From assembly GCF_044704955.1 (NCBI RefSeq), contig NC_091979.1:317564001-317628000 (forward strand): a DNA stretch of 64,000 nt. Reading direction: 5' to 3'. Below the pieces are notes generated by a model. It searched no databases and was not told the origin of the DNA. It saw nothing but the letters and a program-made list of their open reading frames with translations. This DNA comes from Pristiophorus japonicus (Eukaryota). Within the stretch, counting starts at the first letter, position 1. Every line of letters begins with the position of its first letter. Below are positions 46,669-59,640 of this stretch, in pieces. Both the position numbers and the translations under genes were made by a program.

Positions 46669-49600
46669 GTCAGTGATCACTTCGCGTTACACAAAGTTAT
46701 TAGATGTACTGACATTTTAAGAAAATAACAGTGACGTTTTAATGGGGTTCCTCATTGCCATTTTACTTCCGGGTTTCGTGTCCCCAATGTACGTAAGCGG
46801 GCGTGACATGGACCCGCATGATGCGATTTCACCTCGACCACTGAAAGGGCCTGTTCACAGAGGCAATGGAGGAGTTAGCGACATTGGACTGGAAGGAGTG
46901 CAGGCAGAGTTATGGAAGGAAGGAGGACAAAGGATGCGCCCAGGTTTAATGAGGCATCCGTGGATATCATTGGAATGAAAATCCAATGCCCATGCTCATT
47001 ATCGAATCCAAAATACTTGAAAATAAACAAAATAAGTTGTTAAAAAGCATTTTGGCGTTCTCATCTTTTTTGAGGGTTGAGTCAGGTTCTTTGAAAGAGT
47101 TGATGAGCTTTTGCTACTTGTCGAAGTGTGGAAATTATGGGAAGTGCATGTGATTGGCTGTTGATGGAAGACAGGATGGACATTGGTGTGGTGTCCCACA
47201 TAGTCAAACACCCTGCTACACTCGATGGTCTCCACATCAATAATGGGCCCCTGGGTGAGGTACTGGAGGGTGACCAGTGCCCATGGGACTGTGTCCCACG
47301 AGGGAGTCAACACCTTAAGGAGCGGAGGGAAGGGCAACAAATAGCAGAGAAAACAGGTAAGAAACAAAAACCTTTCTGGTTACTGGGTGTTCCCAGGCCC
47401 CAGGATGTATTTTCTGGCACTGCACAGGTGCTCTCTCCACCTCTAACCCAGAGGTGGCTGCTGGGATGTTCTGGGAAACTTACACTTTCATACATTCACA
47501 CAAAAGTGCAGAGCAACAGTGTGAGTGAGAGCCACAATGTGATCCGATTGTGAGCTCCGTCAGTGCATTCCCACTGGAGCCTTCCTTCCTCCTTCCTTCC
47601 TTCGGTGTGGAAGAAGTGCTTCCTGATTTCTCCCATCATAAGTGTAGCTAATTATAAGATTCTGCTCCCTTGTTCTGGATTCCCCACCAGAGGAAATAGT
47701 TTCTCTGTATTGACCCGATCGAATCCCATTATCATTTTAAACACCTCAATTAGCGGTGAGGCCATTGAGGGATTTGAAAACAAGGATGAGAATTTTAAAA
47801 GCGAGGCATTGCCGGATGGAGCCAATGCAAGTCAGCGAACACAGGGGTGATGGGTGAATGGGACTTGGTGCGAGTTAGGATACGGGCACAGAGTTTTGGA
47901 TAAGCTCAAGTTTACAGAGGGTGCAAGGTGGGAGGCCGGCCAGGAGAGCATTGGAATAGTGGAGTCTCGAGGTAGTTAAAGCGAGGATGAATGTTTCAGC
48001 AGCAGATGAGCTGAGGCAGAGTCGGAGACGGTAAACGATACGATATTACAAACACCGAGCAATGCTGGTTCCTGTCCAGAGAGGACGACTGTTTTACATT
48101 TCTCTCGAGTTCAAATTAATTAAAATCAGGAGAGATGTTTAACAGGCCGCCGACTCACTACTACCCGGTTTACACAATCACTCAAAGTCAAGCTCACTCT
48201 GGAGTCTGGGTCTGGGAGTTAAAATGGCCCAGGCCTCACACTGAGGAGTCCGTGGGGATTTCCCTCTCCCCACGCAACCCAGGCCCCAAGTTAAAATCAG
48301 GGCAATTAAAGCCTGTTATAAAGTGGAAACGAGTATTCTGTAAGTGACTTGATCTTATTTTCAGACTTTGAAGAAGGGTCTATTCTGTGACCCATGGTAA
48401 TGTAGCAGGGACTTCCTAATGACAGCCGAAAGCATTCTCAACTGCAATTTCCATGGCAACAGAAAATAAACACGACTTTACATTCCTGCCTAAGGTCCCA
48501 TGGAATCTGACTGCACTTACTGTCGATTCACAAAAACAACCAACTTCCAGATGGAAAGAGATCAGATGTCGTTAGTTTGACTTTCCAGGTCCAGTTTCTG
48601 AGTTGTCAACTCTGGTTGGAGGCATTGCTGGAGATTTGATCATGTGACATTTGATCACATGTCACCTAACCGTGTGATGCCTGACCATATGGCATCTGAC
48701 CACATGACATCTGATCATGTGACGCATGATCACGACATCTGATCATGTGACACCTGATCACATGACTTGTACAAAGGCGATTGGGAAGGAAATTGTGGTC
48801 AGGCATCCTTTGGACGAACGCCTCGGACCCGGAAAAATTTTCGGAAAATAGCTGGTAGTCACGGAGGAGCCTACGATTGCGGTCGGAGGCTTTCATTCGC
48901 TGCACAGCGTACGGGAAGATGACTTCCCCGTACGTACGGAAACGCTGGAGTCACATGGGCCTGGACCACCAATCACTGGGTAGTATTCTCATTGATAAAA
49001 ATGGGAACTTTGTTTTTACAAGTTCCCATTACTGTCGATGAGGAATCCCTCCTAAAACAAGAAACACAGCATAATAAATTAAAAACAACTCACATATTTA
49101 AAATTAATTGAAATTAAATGTAACTAAGTGTTTTAGAAAAAATATATATTTTTTGAATTTTTTTAATGTATTTGAATAGAGTTAAAAAAATAAACTTATC
49201 TTAATGGAGAGGGATTTTACATAAAAATGAATAACTAAATAAAAATGTTATATGTTTTGAAAGTGTTATGCTGGTAAAAGTAAGCTATGCGCCTGCTTTT
49301 ACCAGGAGTAAAAGTTTGAAGGACATTCGCTGGGCATGAGTTGGGCAAATAGCCCAATCTCTGCCACACAAAATTTCCTTATCCCGGGATGTGCTCGTTG
49401 ACGGATCGGAAAAGCCGGTTTTCAGCGCATGTGCATCTTGCCACGAAAACCGACTTTTGTGATCCCTCGCCAGGTCTGTGCGCACATCGTACGGACCCGG
49501 CAAGGCTGCAATTTTCAGCCCAATTGTGTTTACCTTATAACCGTTATGTTCCCTGGAGTTGAGTATTTTTGCTTGTGGTTACATGCCAGCAGCTGGTGGG

Positions 49601-49689
49601 CGATAACTTCCAAGAACCAGGAGACTACCCGTGAGCAGACGGATAAGGGAATCCGAGGGTGGAAAAAGGGGGAATCTGAGGACCGGGAA

Positions 49690-49907
49690 TAGGGGAAACC
49701 GAGGGCGGGGTACCGGGGAAACCGAGGGTGGGGTACCGGGGAAACCGAGGGTGGGGTACAGGGGAAACCGAGGGCAGGGTACAGGGGAAACCGAGGGTGG
49801 GGTACAGGGGAAACCGAGGGTGGGGTACAGGGGAAACCGAGGGCGGGGAATGGAAGAACCGAGGGCGGGGCACAGGGGAAACCGAGGGCGGGGTACAGGG
49901 GAAACCA
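49690..49907 (+). repeat. 23-bp minisatellite, short copy
   Basis: Same unit as 43963-44582; ends at the internal duplication junction. Confidence 0.9.
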
Positions 49908-50970
49908 GATCCAGTTTCTGAGTTGTCAACTCTGGTTGGAGGCATTGCTGGAGGTTTGATCATGAGACATTCTGATCACATGCCACCTGACCATGTGATG
50001 CCTGACCATATGGCATCTGACCACATGATGTCTGATCATGTGACGCATGATCATGACATCTGATCATGTGACTTGTACAAAGGCTATTGGCTGGGAAATT
50101 GTGGTCAGAGGCATCCTTCGGACGAATGTCTCGGACCCGGAAAAATTTTAGGAAAATAGCTGGTCACGGAGGAGCCTACGATTGTGGTCGGAAGCCTTCA
50201 TTCGCTGCGCAGCGTACGGGGAGCTGACTTCCCCGTACGTACAGAATGCTGGAGTCACATGGGCCTGGGTAGTATTCTCATTGATAAAAATGGGAACTCT
50301 GTTTTTACAAGTTCCCATTACTGTCGATGAGAAAACCCTCCTAAAACAAGAAACACAGCATAATAAATTAAAAACAACTCACATATTTAAAATTAATTGA
50401 AATTAAATGTAACTAAGTGTTTTAGAAAAAGTATATATTTTTTGAATTTTTTTAATGTATTTTAATAGAGTTAAAAATAAACTTACCTTAATGGATTTTA
50501 CATTAAAATGAATGATTAAATAAAAATGTTATAGGTTTTGAAAGTGTTACGCTGGTAAAAGTAAGCTATGCACCTGCTTTTGCCAGGAGTAAAAGTTTGA
50601 AGGACATTCGCTAGGCAAGAGTTGGACAAATAGCCCAAACTCTGCCACACAAAACTTCCTTATCCCGGGATGTGCTCGTTGACAGATCGGAAAAGCCGGT
50701 TTTCAGCGCATGTGCATCTTGCCACGAAAACCGACTTTTGTGATCCCTCGCCAGGTCTGTGCACACATCGTACGGACCCAGCAAGGCTGCAATTTTCAGC
50801 CCAATTGCGTTTACCTTATAACCGTTATGTTCCCTGGAGTTGAGTATTTTTACTTGTGGTTACATGCCAGCAGCTGGTGGGCGATAACTTCCAAGAACCA
50901 GGAGACCACCCATGAGCAGACGGATAAGGGAATCCGGGGGTGGAAAAAGGGGGAATCTGAGGACAGGGAA

Positions 50971-51528
50971 TAGGGGAAACCGAGGGCGCGGAATGGAAGA
51001 ACCGAGGGTGGGGTACAGGGGAAACCGAGGGTGGGGTACAGGGGAAACCGAGGGCGGGGTACAGGAGAAACCGAGGGTGGGGTACAGGTGAAACCGAGGG
51101 CGGGGTACAGGAGAAACCGAGGGTGGGGTACAAGGAGAAACTGAGGGTGGGGTACAAGGAGAAACCGAGGGTCGGGTACAGGGGAAACCGAGGGCGGGGT
51201 ACAGGAGAAACCGAGGGTGGGGTACAGGAGAAACTGAGGGTGGGGTACAAGGAGAAACTGAGGGTGGGGTACAAGGAGAAACCGAGGGTGGGGTACAGGG
51301 GAAACCGAGGGCGGGGTACAGGAGAAACTGAGGGTGGGGTACAGGAGAAACTGAGGGTGGGGTACAAGGAGAAACTGAGGGTGGGGTACAAGGAGAAACC
51401 GAGGGTGGGGTACAGGGGAAACCGAGGGCGGGGTATAGGAGAAACCGAGGGTGGGGTACAAGGAGAAACTGCGGGTGGGGTACAAGGAGAAACCGAGGGT
51501 GGGGTACAAGGAGAAACCGAGGGTGGGT
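50971..51528 (+). repeat. 23/24-bp minisatellite, variant copy (GGGGTACAAGGAGAAACTGAGGGT units)
   Basis: Repeat read directly. Confidence 0.92.
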
Positions 51529-52551
51529 GAGCAATTTGCAGAGGGGAAACCAGAAGTCAAAGGAATTTTTTCCACCAGTAACTAATGGTAACACACTGAA
51601 ATTGTACTGATGATATACAGTAATACTGGTATCACTCAGATTCCCGTCACAACCAACAGTAATACAATAACTCATTGATAGTCTATATGTTACAAGCAGT
51701 AATAGGTGTAAAGTCTCTCTATCCTACGTGTAACTAGCAGTAATATTTAACCCACTGATAATCACCCTAAAACCATACCCAGAATCCCCCTGCACTGCAC
51801 CAGGTGAGGTCAGGTTCCCCAGTTGAAGCCACATTTAACAGGCCCCATCTCTCTCTCTCTATCTTCTCGGAATCTGGTTTGGTCTCCGGTTCCATGTGAA
51901 GGTGACAATTCTGAACTGGGAACCTCAGTCTGAGCTGATCTGTACTTGGACTTCACACGTCAAACCCGGCCGGCACAGACCCACCTGAACCAAACCGAGA
52001 GATTGCACAAAGGCCAGTGAGCTCAGTGTTTGGGGCACTTCTCACAGGGCACATTGTCCTAAACTCAGCTCAGCACCAACATTTCTAAACCGCTCCATGT
52101 GCTCGGTCTCAATAAAGGAGGGTTTTCATAGAATTATAGAAATGACTGCACAGGAGGAGACCATTCGGTCTCGGACCTCGCACTCTCTTCTGTAATCCCA
52201 TTCCCCCCAGGTCTTTTCATATTCTTCCTTTTCAAATATTTATCACATTTCCTTTAGGTTTTAGACGCTAGCTCAATAGCTACATGTGGTGAAGGATCCC
52301 ACGGTCTAATAGCCCACAGTTCAATGACCTTCCTCCTCCGTTCCCCCTTGTTTCTTCCAGTGAGAATCCTTGGTTTCTGTTCCCTAGTTCCCCATTCGCC
52401 CACCACTGGAAATAATCTTTCACTATTTACTCACAGTAAGGTCCCCAGGTTTCACTCACCCCTTTACTGGCTGCTCCTCTCTCAGTGTCACTCCCACTCA
52501 CCACGTTGCTGCTGCTCCCGGCTCTGTGGGAAATACTGGACCCTGCACCCA

Positions 52552-53272
52552 CCCCATTCCCCAGTCTCCCTCTCCCCGAGCACCCATTCCCCAGTCTCTC
52601 TCTCCCCGAGCCCCCATTCCCCAGTCTCCCTCTCCCTGAGCCCCCATTCCCCAGTCTCCCTCTCCCCGAGCCCCCATTCCCCAGTCTCTCTCTCCCCGAG
52701 CCCCCATTCCCCAGACTCCCTCTCCCCGAGCCCCCATTCCCCAGTCTCCCTCTCCCCTAACCCCCATTCCCCAGTCTCCCTCTCCCCGAGCCCCCTTTCC
52801 CCAGTCTCCCTCTCCCCGAGCCCCCATTCCCCAGTCTCCCTCTCCCCTAACCCCCATTCCCCAGTCTCCCTCTCCCCAAGCCTCCATTCCCCAGTCTCCC
52901 TCTCCCCGAGCCCCCATTCCCCAGTCTCCCTCTCCCCAAGCCCCCATTCCCCCTCTCCCTGAGCACCCATTCCCCAGTCTCCCTCTCCCCGAGCCTCCAT
53001 TCCCCAGTCTCCCTCTCCCCGAGCCTCCATTCCCCAGTTTCCCTCTCCCCGAGCCCCCATTCCCCCTCTCCCCGAGCCCCCATTCCCCAGTCTCCCTCTC
53101 CCCGAGCCCCCATTCCCCAGTCTCCCTCTCCCCGAGCCCCCATTCCCCAGTCTCCCTCTCCCCGAGCCCCCATTCCCCAGTCTCCCTCTCCCCGAGCCCC
53201 CATTCCCCAGTCTCCCTCTCCCCGAGCCCCCATTCCCCCTCTCCCCGAGCCCCCATTCCCCAGTCTCCCTCT
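52552..53272 (-). repeat. 30-bp G-rich minisatellite (C-rich on plus)
   Basis: Reverse complement of the 19.6 and 27.5 kb satellite. Confidence 0.95.
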
Positions 53273-53523
53273 TTCCTCCACACTTGATTTTCTTCGATTT
53301 CAGAGTACCCCACTTTCAGAGCAACCCCCGTTTTGAAAGACACAAAATTTCAAAGACCCCTAAATTCAGAGAACAGGGGGCCGGTCACAACGTGCTGTGT
53401 CTCCCTGTGCCCCCCGCCACCCAGCCCCCGTGTCAGCCACCCCCTGCCCGCGATTTTAACTACCAGGTTTTTGGGGATAGTATAATTCAACTAAGTTCCA
53501 GATGGGAATTATCAGACATGGTC

Positions 53524-53593
53524 AGTTTCACTTTCACTTTCCAGTTTCAGGAACCATTTCCTCAAAATCAGGTGATTCCGGAGGCTATAAGAA
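53524..53593 (+). promoter_or_regulatory. Interferon-inducible promoter: extended ISRE and TATA-like box (copy 2)
   Basis: AGTTTCACTTTCACTTTC at 53524-53541 followed by CAGTTTC; TATAAGAA at 53586-53593. Confidence 0.8.
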
Positions 53594-53668
53594 TATCCGG
53601 GAAGACAAAGCTTGCAGTGTTCCGGCTGATCGGCGAACTGAGGTACCGGTGACATCCAGACCAGCATC

Positions 53669-53673
53669 ATGAG
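53669..53673 (+). CDS. IFIT: IFIT first coding micro-exon (ATG AG | gtcagt), copy 2; exon 2 presumably lies beyond the right edge
   Basis: catcATGAG then GTCAGT, homologous to 46664. Confidence 0.72.
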
Positions 53674-54019
53674 GTCAGTGATCACTTCGCTTTACACACA
53701 GTTATCAGATGTACTGACATTTTAAGACAATAACAGTGACATTGACCCTGATATTAACCAGAGACGGGATCGGGGAGGGGGGGGAGGAGCAATCGCGGGC
53801 GACAAAAACACAACATCGTGGGACGTGGGAATTTCCAATTCAATGGGGATTCCTCATCATCATTTTACCTCTGGGTTTCATGTCTCCTGTCCATGTGACC
53901 AGTGGTGACACGGACCTGGATGGTGTGATTTCACTTTGACTATTTAAAGGGCCAGTTCCCAGTGGTGATGGAGGAGGAGATTTGCAGTTAGCTACATTGG
54001 GCTGGAAGGAGTGCAGGCA

Positions 54020-57000
54020 GCGTTATAGAAGGAAGGAGGACAAAGGCTGTGCCCAGGTTTAATGAGGCGTCTCTGGATGTGTTGCTGGGTACAGTAAGGG
54101 CAAGAAATGAGTCCTGTTTCCCAGCAATGGTAAAAAGAAAGCTGCAGCCACTTCAAAGAAGTTGTGGCTGGAAGTGGTGCAAGAAGTAAGCAGCAGGAGC
54201 CTCATAATGAGGAGATTGATTCAGTACAGTGTAAAGTCCTGTCCCCTCGGTACAGATTCACACGAGGCATGAAGTGAAGTCAAGGTCACTCTGGACCTGC
54301 ACCTTTATTTCACAGCTCTGGAATGATGCACTTGCCTGAGACCTGTCCTTATATACCTGTCTCTTGCAAGTGTACACCTGGTGGTAAGGTATGCTGGTGG
54401 TTAAGGTCATATCTTATTACAGTCATGTATAGCATGTTAGGATACAGTTATATATAATAATGTAAGATACATGACATCACCCTCCCCCAAGATCTTATTG
54501 TCTTTATAGGTTCAGTCTCTCAGGTGGTCTACGCTCTCGCGTGGAGCGACTGAGTTGTGGTTCAGCTGTTTGCCTTGGTGTCTGTTTTGATTTTTGGGTG
54601 TGATTGTTGTTGACTCGCCTGGGCTGTTTGTTGGGATTGCCCTTTCCTCAGGTTGTTCCCTCTGCCTGTCCATCAGGTGTGGTGCGAGTTCCACATTGTC
54701 GTCTGCCTCTGGTTCCGCAGTGTTGTTGGTAAATCTGCTTTTGACTTGGTCTACATGCCTCCGGCAGGTTTTGCCATTGTCCATTTGTACTACCAGTAGC
54801 CTGTTTCCTTCCTTGCCCGTTACTGTCCCTGCAAGCCATTTGGGACCCCTGCCATAGTTTAGTACAAACACTTTGGCCCCGATCTCATTCCATTTCACCC
54901 TCGAATTTCTGTCATGGTATTCAGTCAGCTTACAGCGCTTTGCCTCAACGATTTCGTGCATGTCTGGGAGGATTAATGAGAGCCTTGTTTTTAAAGTCCT
55001 TTTCATCAACAGTTGCGCGGGGGGGATCCAAGTCAGTGAGTGCGGACGAGATCTGTATGCCAGCAGCAGTCGCGTCAGGCGACCCTGCAGCATGGGACCT
55101 TGGATTTTAAGCATGCCTTGTTTAATGATTTGCACTGCTCTCTCCGCCTGGCCGTTGGAGGCTGGCTTGAACGGTGCCGTCTTGACGTGATTTATGCCGT
55201 GGTCAATTATAAAGTCTTGGAATTCTGCGCTGGTGAAGCACGGACCATTGTCACTGACCAATATGTCAGGGATTCCGTGCATTGCAAAGATGGTTGCGAG
55301 GCTCTCCACGGTGGTGGAGGTTGTGCTCGAGTTTAAAATGGTGCATTCGATCGACTTTGAAAATGCATCTACAACTACGAGGAATATTTTGCCCATGAAT
55401 GGGCCGGCATAGTCTACGTGTACCCGCGACCACGGTTTGGTAGGCCAGGGCCAGGGGCTCAGTGGAGCCTCCCTGGGGGCATTGCTGAATTGGACACAAA
55501 TGGTGCACCTTCGGATGCAGAGCTCCAAGTCTGCGTCAATACCAGGCCACCAGACGTGGGATCTGGCTATGGCCTTCATGACAACGATCCCCGGGTGCTC
55601 GCGGTGGAGCTCCCGGACAAATGCCTCTCTGCCTCACAGAGGCATGACTACTCGGCTGCCACACATCAGGCAGTCTGCTTGTAGTGATAGCTCATGCATG
55701 CGCCTGTGAAAGGGTTTTAATTCCTCGGGGCAGGCATCGCGAGCCTCTGACCAGTCACCGGTTAGGACACATCTTTTTACTAAGGATAATGAGGGGTCGC
55801 TGGCCGTCCAGGCTCTGATTTGGCGAGCCGTCATGGGCAAACCTGTGGACTCAAAGGCATTGATTGCCATGACTATCTCACAGTCCTGTTTGTCAGACCC
55901 TTCCGTGGTCGCCAGGAGTAGCCTGCTGAGCGCGTCGGCACAGTTGTCTGTGCCTTATGGTATAGTCGTAGGGTGCCAGCATGAGTGCCAACCGTTGAAT
56001 TCGCGCCGAGGCGTTGGCGTTTATTGCCTTGCTCTCGGATAGGAGGGATGTGAGGGGCTTGTGGTCGGTTTCTAATGCAAACTTGGCCCCGAAAAGATAT
56101 TGGTGCATCTTTTTGACACCGTACACGCACGCGAGCGCCTCCTTCTCTACCATTCTGTATCCGCACTCCGCCCGCGAAAGTGACCTGGAGGCATAAGCTA
56201 TGGGTTGTAATTTGCCCGCACTATTGACATGTTGCAAAACGCACCCGACCCCATACGCTGACGTATCGCATGTGAGAACTAGCTTTTTACCTGGGTCAAA
56301 GAAAGTCAAAACACTGTTGGAACACAGAAGGTTGCGTGCCTTATTGAAGGCGCGTTCCTGGGCGACCCTCAAAACCAATCGCACTCCTTCCTGAGTAGCA
56401 CGTGGAGAGGCTCCAGCAGCGTGCTTAAGTTCTGCATAAAGTTCCCAAAGTAATTGAGTAGCCCGAGAAAGGCGCGCAGTTCTGAGACATTCCGGGGCCT
56501 GGGTGACAGGCGAATTGCTTGTTTTGGACTCTGTTGGGCGGATTCCATCAGCGGCAATCCTTTAGCCCAAAAATTCAACCTCGGGTGTGAGAAACAGGCA
56601 CTTGGATTTCTTGACTCGTAGGCCTACCCAATCGAACCGCTTTAGTACTTCCTCCAAATTACGGAGATGGGAGTCGGTGTCCCTGCCCGTGATAAGTATG
56701 TCGTCTTGAAATACAACCGTCCCCGGGATGGACTTGAGCAGACTCTCCATGTTGCGCTGGAATATGGCAGCTGCCAACCTGATGCCGAATGGGCATCGAT
56801 TGGACTTGAAAAGGCCTCGATGTGTGTTGATGGTGGTGAGTAGCTTGGATTCCTCGGTCAATTCTTGCGTCATATATGCAGATGTGAGGTCTAATTTTGA
56901 GAAAAGTTTACCTCCACCCAATGTGGCAAATAAGTCCTCCGCTTTGGGCAGCGGGTACAGGTCCTGTAGGGAGACTCTGTTTATGGTAGATTTGTAGTCC

Positions 57001-59640
57001 CCACAGATTCGTACGGATCCACCAGGCTTCATGACTGGGACGATGGGACTTACCCAGTCACTAAATTTCACGGGTGATATAATGCCTTCCCGCAGAAGCC
57101 TGTCTAGTTCGTGTTCAATCTTTTCCCTCATCACATAGGGTACAGCTCTGGCCTTGTGATGGACCGGTCTAGCATCCTGTGTGATGTAGATTTTGACTTT
57201 GGCCCCTTTGAAAGTGCCCACACCTGGCTGAAAGAGATGTTCAAATCGCTTTATAACTGTTGAGCAGGAGGTCCGTTCCTCTAATGACATGGCATGGGCA
57301 TCATCCCATTTCCAGTTTAGTTTTGCCAGCCAGCTTCTCCCAAGCCGTGCTGGGGGGTCTCTGGGGACAATCCACAGAGGAAGTCGGTTCACTGTCACTT
57401 TGTGTGTGACAGAGAACATGGCGCTGCCGAGGACTGGTACGATTTCTTTGGTATAGGTCCTTAGTTTGGTGTCGACCCTTGTGAGTTTTGGTCAGTCTCT
57501 TTTATACGGCCACAGTAGTTCAACTTGTTGAGCGCCCATGACAGATTGACTCGCTCCCGTATCCAGCTCCATGTTGACAGATATCCCATTGAGTAGGACC
57601 CTCATCATTATAGGAGGAGTCCTGTTGTAGGAGCAGCGGCCATTGATCGTGTTGACCCGCTGTACACCGGTGTCCCGGGTACTGTCCCCACCATCTTCTG
57701 GTCCGCTTTCTGACCCATCTGATTCGTATACTAGCCGAGCTGCTGTTTTTTTGCGGGCCAAATGCCCTGTATAGTCACAGTTCCTGTAAACAGCCTGCTG
57801 AAATCGACATCCCCTTGACGAGTGCCCACCCCCACACCTCCAGCACAGACCTGTTCCATTGTTCAAAGTGTTCCCAAAGAATGAGCTGCGTCTGGCTGAT
57901 CTCTCTTGAGCTTCTCTCAGTTTATAGTTGATTGTGGGTTGATGAGGTGTGAACGGCCGTTCCTGTGGCCCTTGATGGCTTCTGCCTGCTGTCGACTGCC
58001 TGTTCTCCCGGTTTTGTCTGAGTGTGTGGGTAGCAGCTTGTTTAGTGCTGTGAACTTCTTGTTCCGATATTTCGTTAGTTGTCGTACCTGCATTGTAAAT
58101 CCACCTCGTTTCTTCTTCCCCTACCAAGAATGTCTGTGCAACCAGTGCTGCTGCCTCTAAGGTCAGGTTCTTGGTCTCTATGAGCTTTCGGAATATGCCT
58201 GCGTGGCCTATTCCTTCAATGGAAAAAGTCTCTCAGCATTTCTCTCCTCAGTTCATCGGAGAACTCACATAAACTAGCCAACCTCCGAATTTCCGCCACT
58301 AAGTCGGGTATGCTCTGGCCCACACAGCGTCTGTAATTGTAGAATCTGTGTCTGGCCATGTGTAGGCTGCTCGCTGGCTTCAGGTGGTCTCTTACCAGTG
58401 TGCTCAATTCTTCAAACGACTTGCTTGCTGGTTTCTTGGGTGCCAACAGATCCTTCATTAAAGCGTATGTTTTCGAGCCACAGCTGGTCAAGAGATGGGT
58501 TCTTCTCTTGTCTGCCTTATCATCGCCTAACCAGTCTTTGGTTACAAAGCTTTGCTGGAGTCTTTCTATAAAGTCTTCCCAATTGTCTCCTACATTGTTC
58601 TTTTCATCTGTTCTGTTGTTCGCCATTCTGTGGATTCTGTAATCCCGTAACCCGTCACCACTGTAAAGTCCTGTCCCCTCAGTACAGATTCACACGAGGC
58701 ATGTAGTGAAGTCAAGGTCACTCTGGACCTGCACCTTTATTTCACAGCTCTGGAATGCCGCACTTGCCTGAGACCTGTGCTTATATACCTGTCTCTTGCA
58801 AGTGCACCCATGATGGTAAGGTATGCTGGTGGTTACAGGTCATATCTTATTACAGTCATGTATAGCATGTTAGGATACAGTTATATATAATAATGTAAGA
58901 TACATGACATCCAGGAAGCATTTTAATGACCTAACTTGGTCAGGAAATGTGAGCAAAGTTGCAGATTCACCAACATCCTGTAGTCCATCCCCTCTCACTC
59001 GGTCTTGTTACACACCACTCCTCACACCTACTTACATTTCAGCAGCAACCTGCATTCCATTCCAATACAAGGGAGAGGGTGAGGACTGGAAGTGGGCCAT
59101 CACAGACTGTGGAGCTTACCACAGCGGAAGAGGAGGCCTTGGAGATCACCGGCCTCTCTGCCTCTCAGCATCGGAGATGGCCAGAGGTTGCACATTACTG
59201 CAGGGTGACAGAATTCATCTCTCACACCCAAATCCACCTTGTCTCTCCTCCACAGATATCACGTGAAGAACAGGAGCCCCTGCCCGTTGATGGTGAGCAT
59301 TCCTCAGAGAAGCTCATTCCTGCTGAGTGTGCATCGGCAGAGGACACATGCGGGCCAGGCACCAGCGCAGACACAAGCATTTCAGTGGGTCCTCTTAGAA
59401 AGTTAGGTGGGATGTTACCAAGTGAATCGCACTTCACAAGTGAGCACCAGCAGAGAGTGATGGTAGGGACAGCTATAGAGAGGCCATGTCGGAGGGCGCA
59501 ATCCTTTCCAAGCTCTGCTCAGCTGGAGAGAGATGTGGAACCTGAGGATTTATCAATGAAAAGGAGAATGACAGAGGGTCAGCAACACCTGTGTGAGGTA
59601 TTGGTAGCCCTGGAGATCCCAGGGCTATCCTGGAGGGTTG
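54020..59640 (+). mobile_element. Degenerate Harbinger Myb/SANT gene split by a Gypsy insertion (truncated paralog at about 46910-46975)
   Basis: 'AVPRFNEASLDVLL...KKLWLEVVQEVSSRS...RLIQ' lies left of the LTR element and 'RKHFNDLT' directly right of it. Confidence 0.7.
54230..58909 (-). mobile_element. Gypsy (Mag-like) LTR retrotransposon, structurally complete but frameshifted
   Basis: LTRs 54230-54476 and 58662-58909 (TG...CA; about 9 substitutions and 1 indel by eye); TSD TACAG/TCCAG; PBS TGGTGACGGG (minus, from 58660); PPT 54477-54488; gag with CWRCGGGHSSRGC, protease LDTGAS, RT FQDD, RNase H, integrase 'HVDYAGPF..VSDNGPCF..SNGQAERAV'. Confidence 0.96.

Larger units (their letters stand above)
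41247..46975. repeat. Tandem segmental duplication, unit A (about 5.7 kb)
   Basis: Homologous ORFs offset by about 5730 (41397/47128, 41831/47563, 43558/49285). The junction near 46978 repeats 'atccaatgccca.gctcattat.gaatcc'. Confidence 0.93.
46978..54080. repeat. Tandem segmental duplication, unit B (about 7.1 kb, with an internal 1.3-kb re-duplication)
   Basis: Colinear with unit A; 'ccagtttctgagttgtcaactctggttggaggcattgctgg' occurs at 48591 and again at 49911. Confidence 0.92.
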
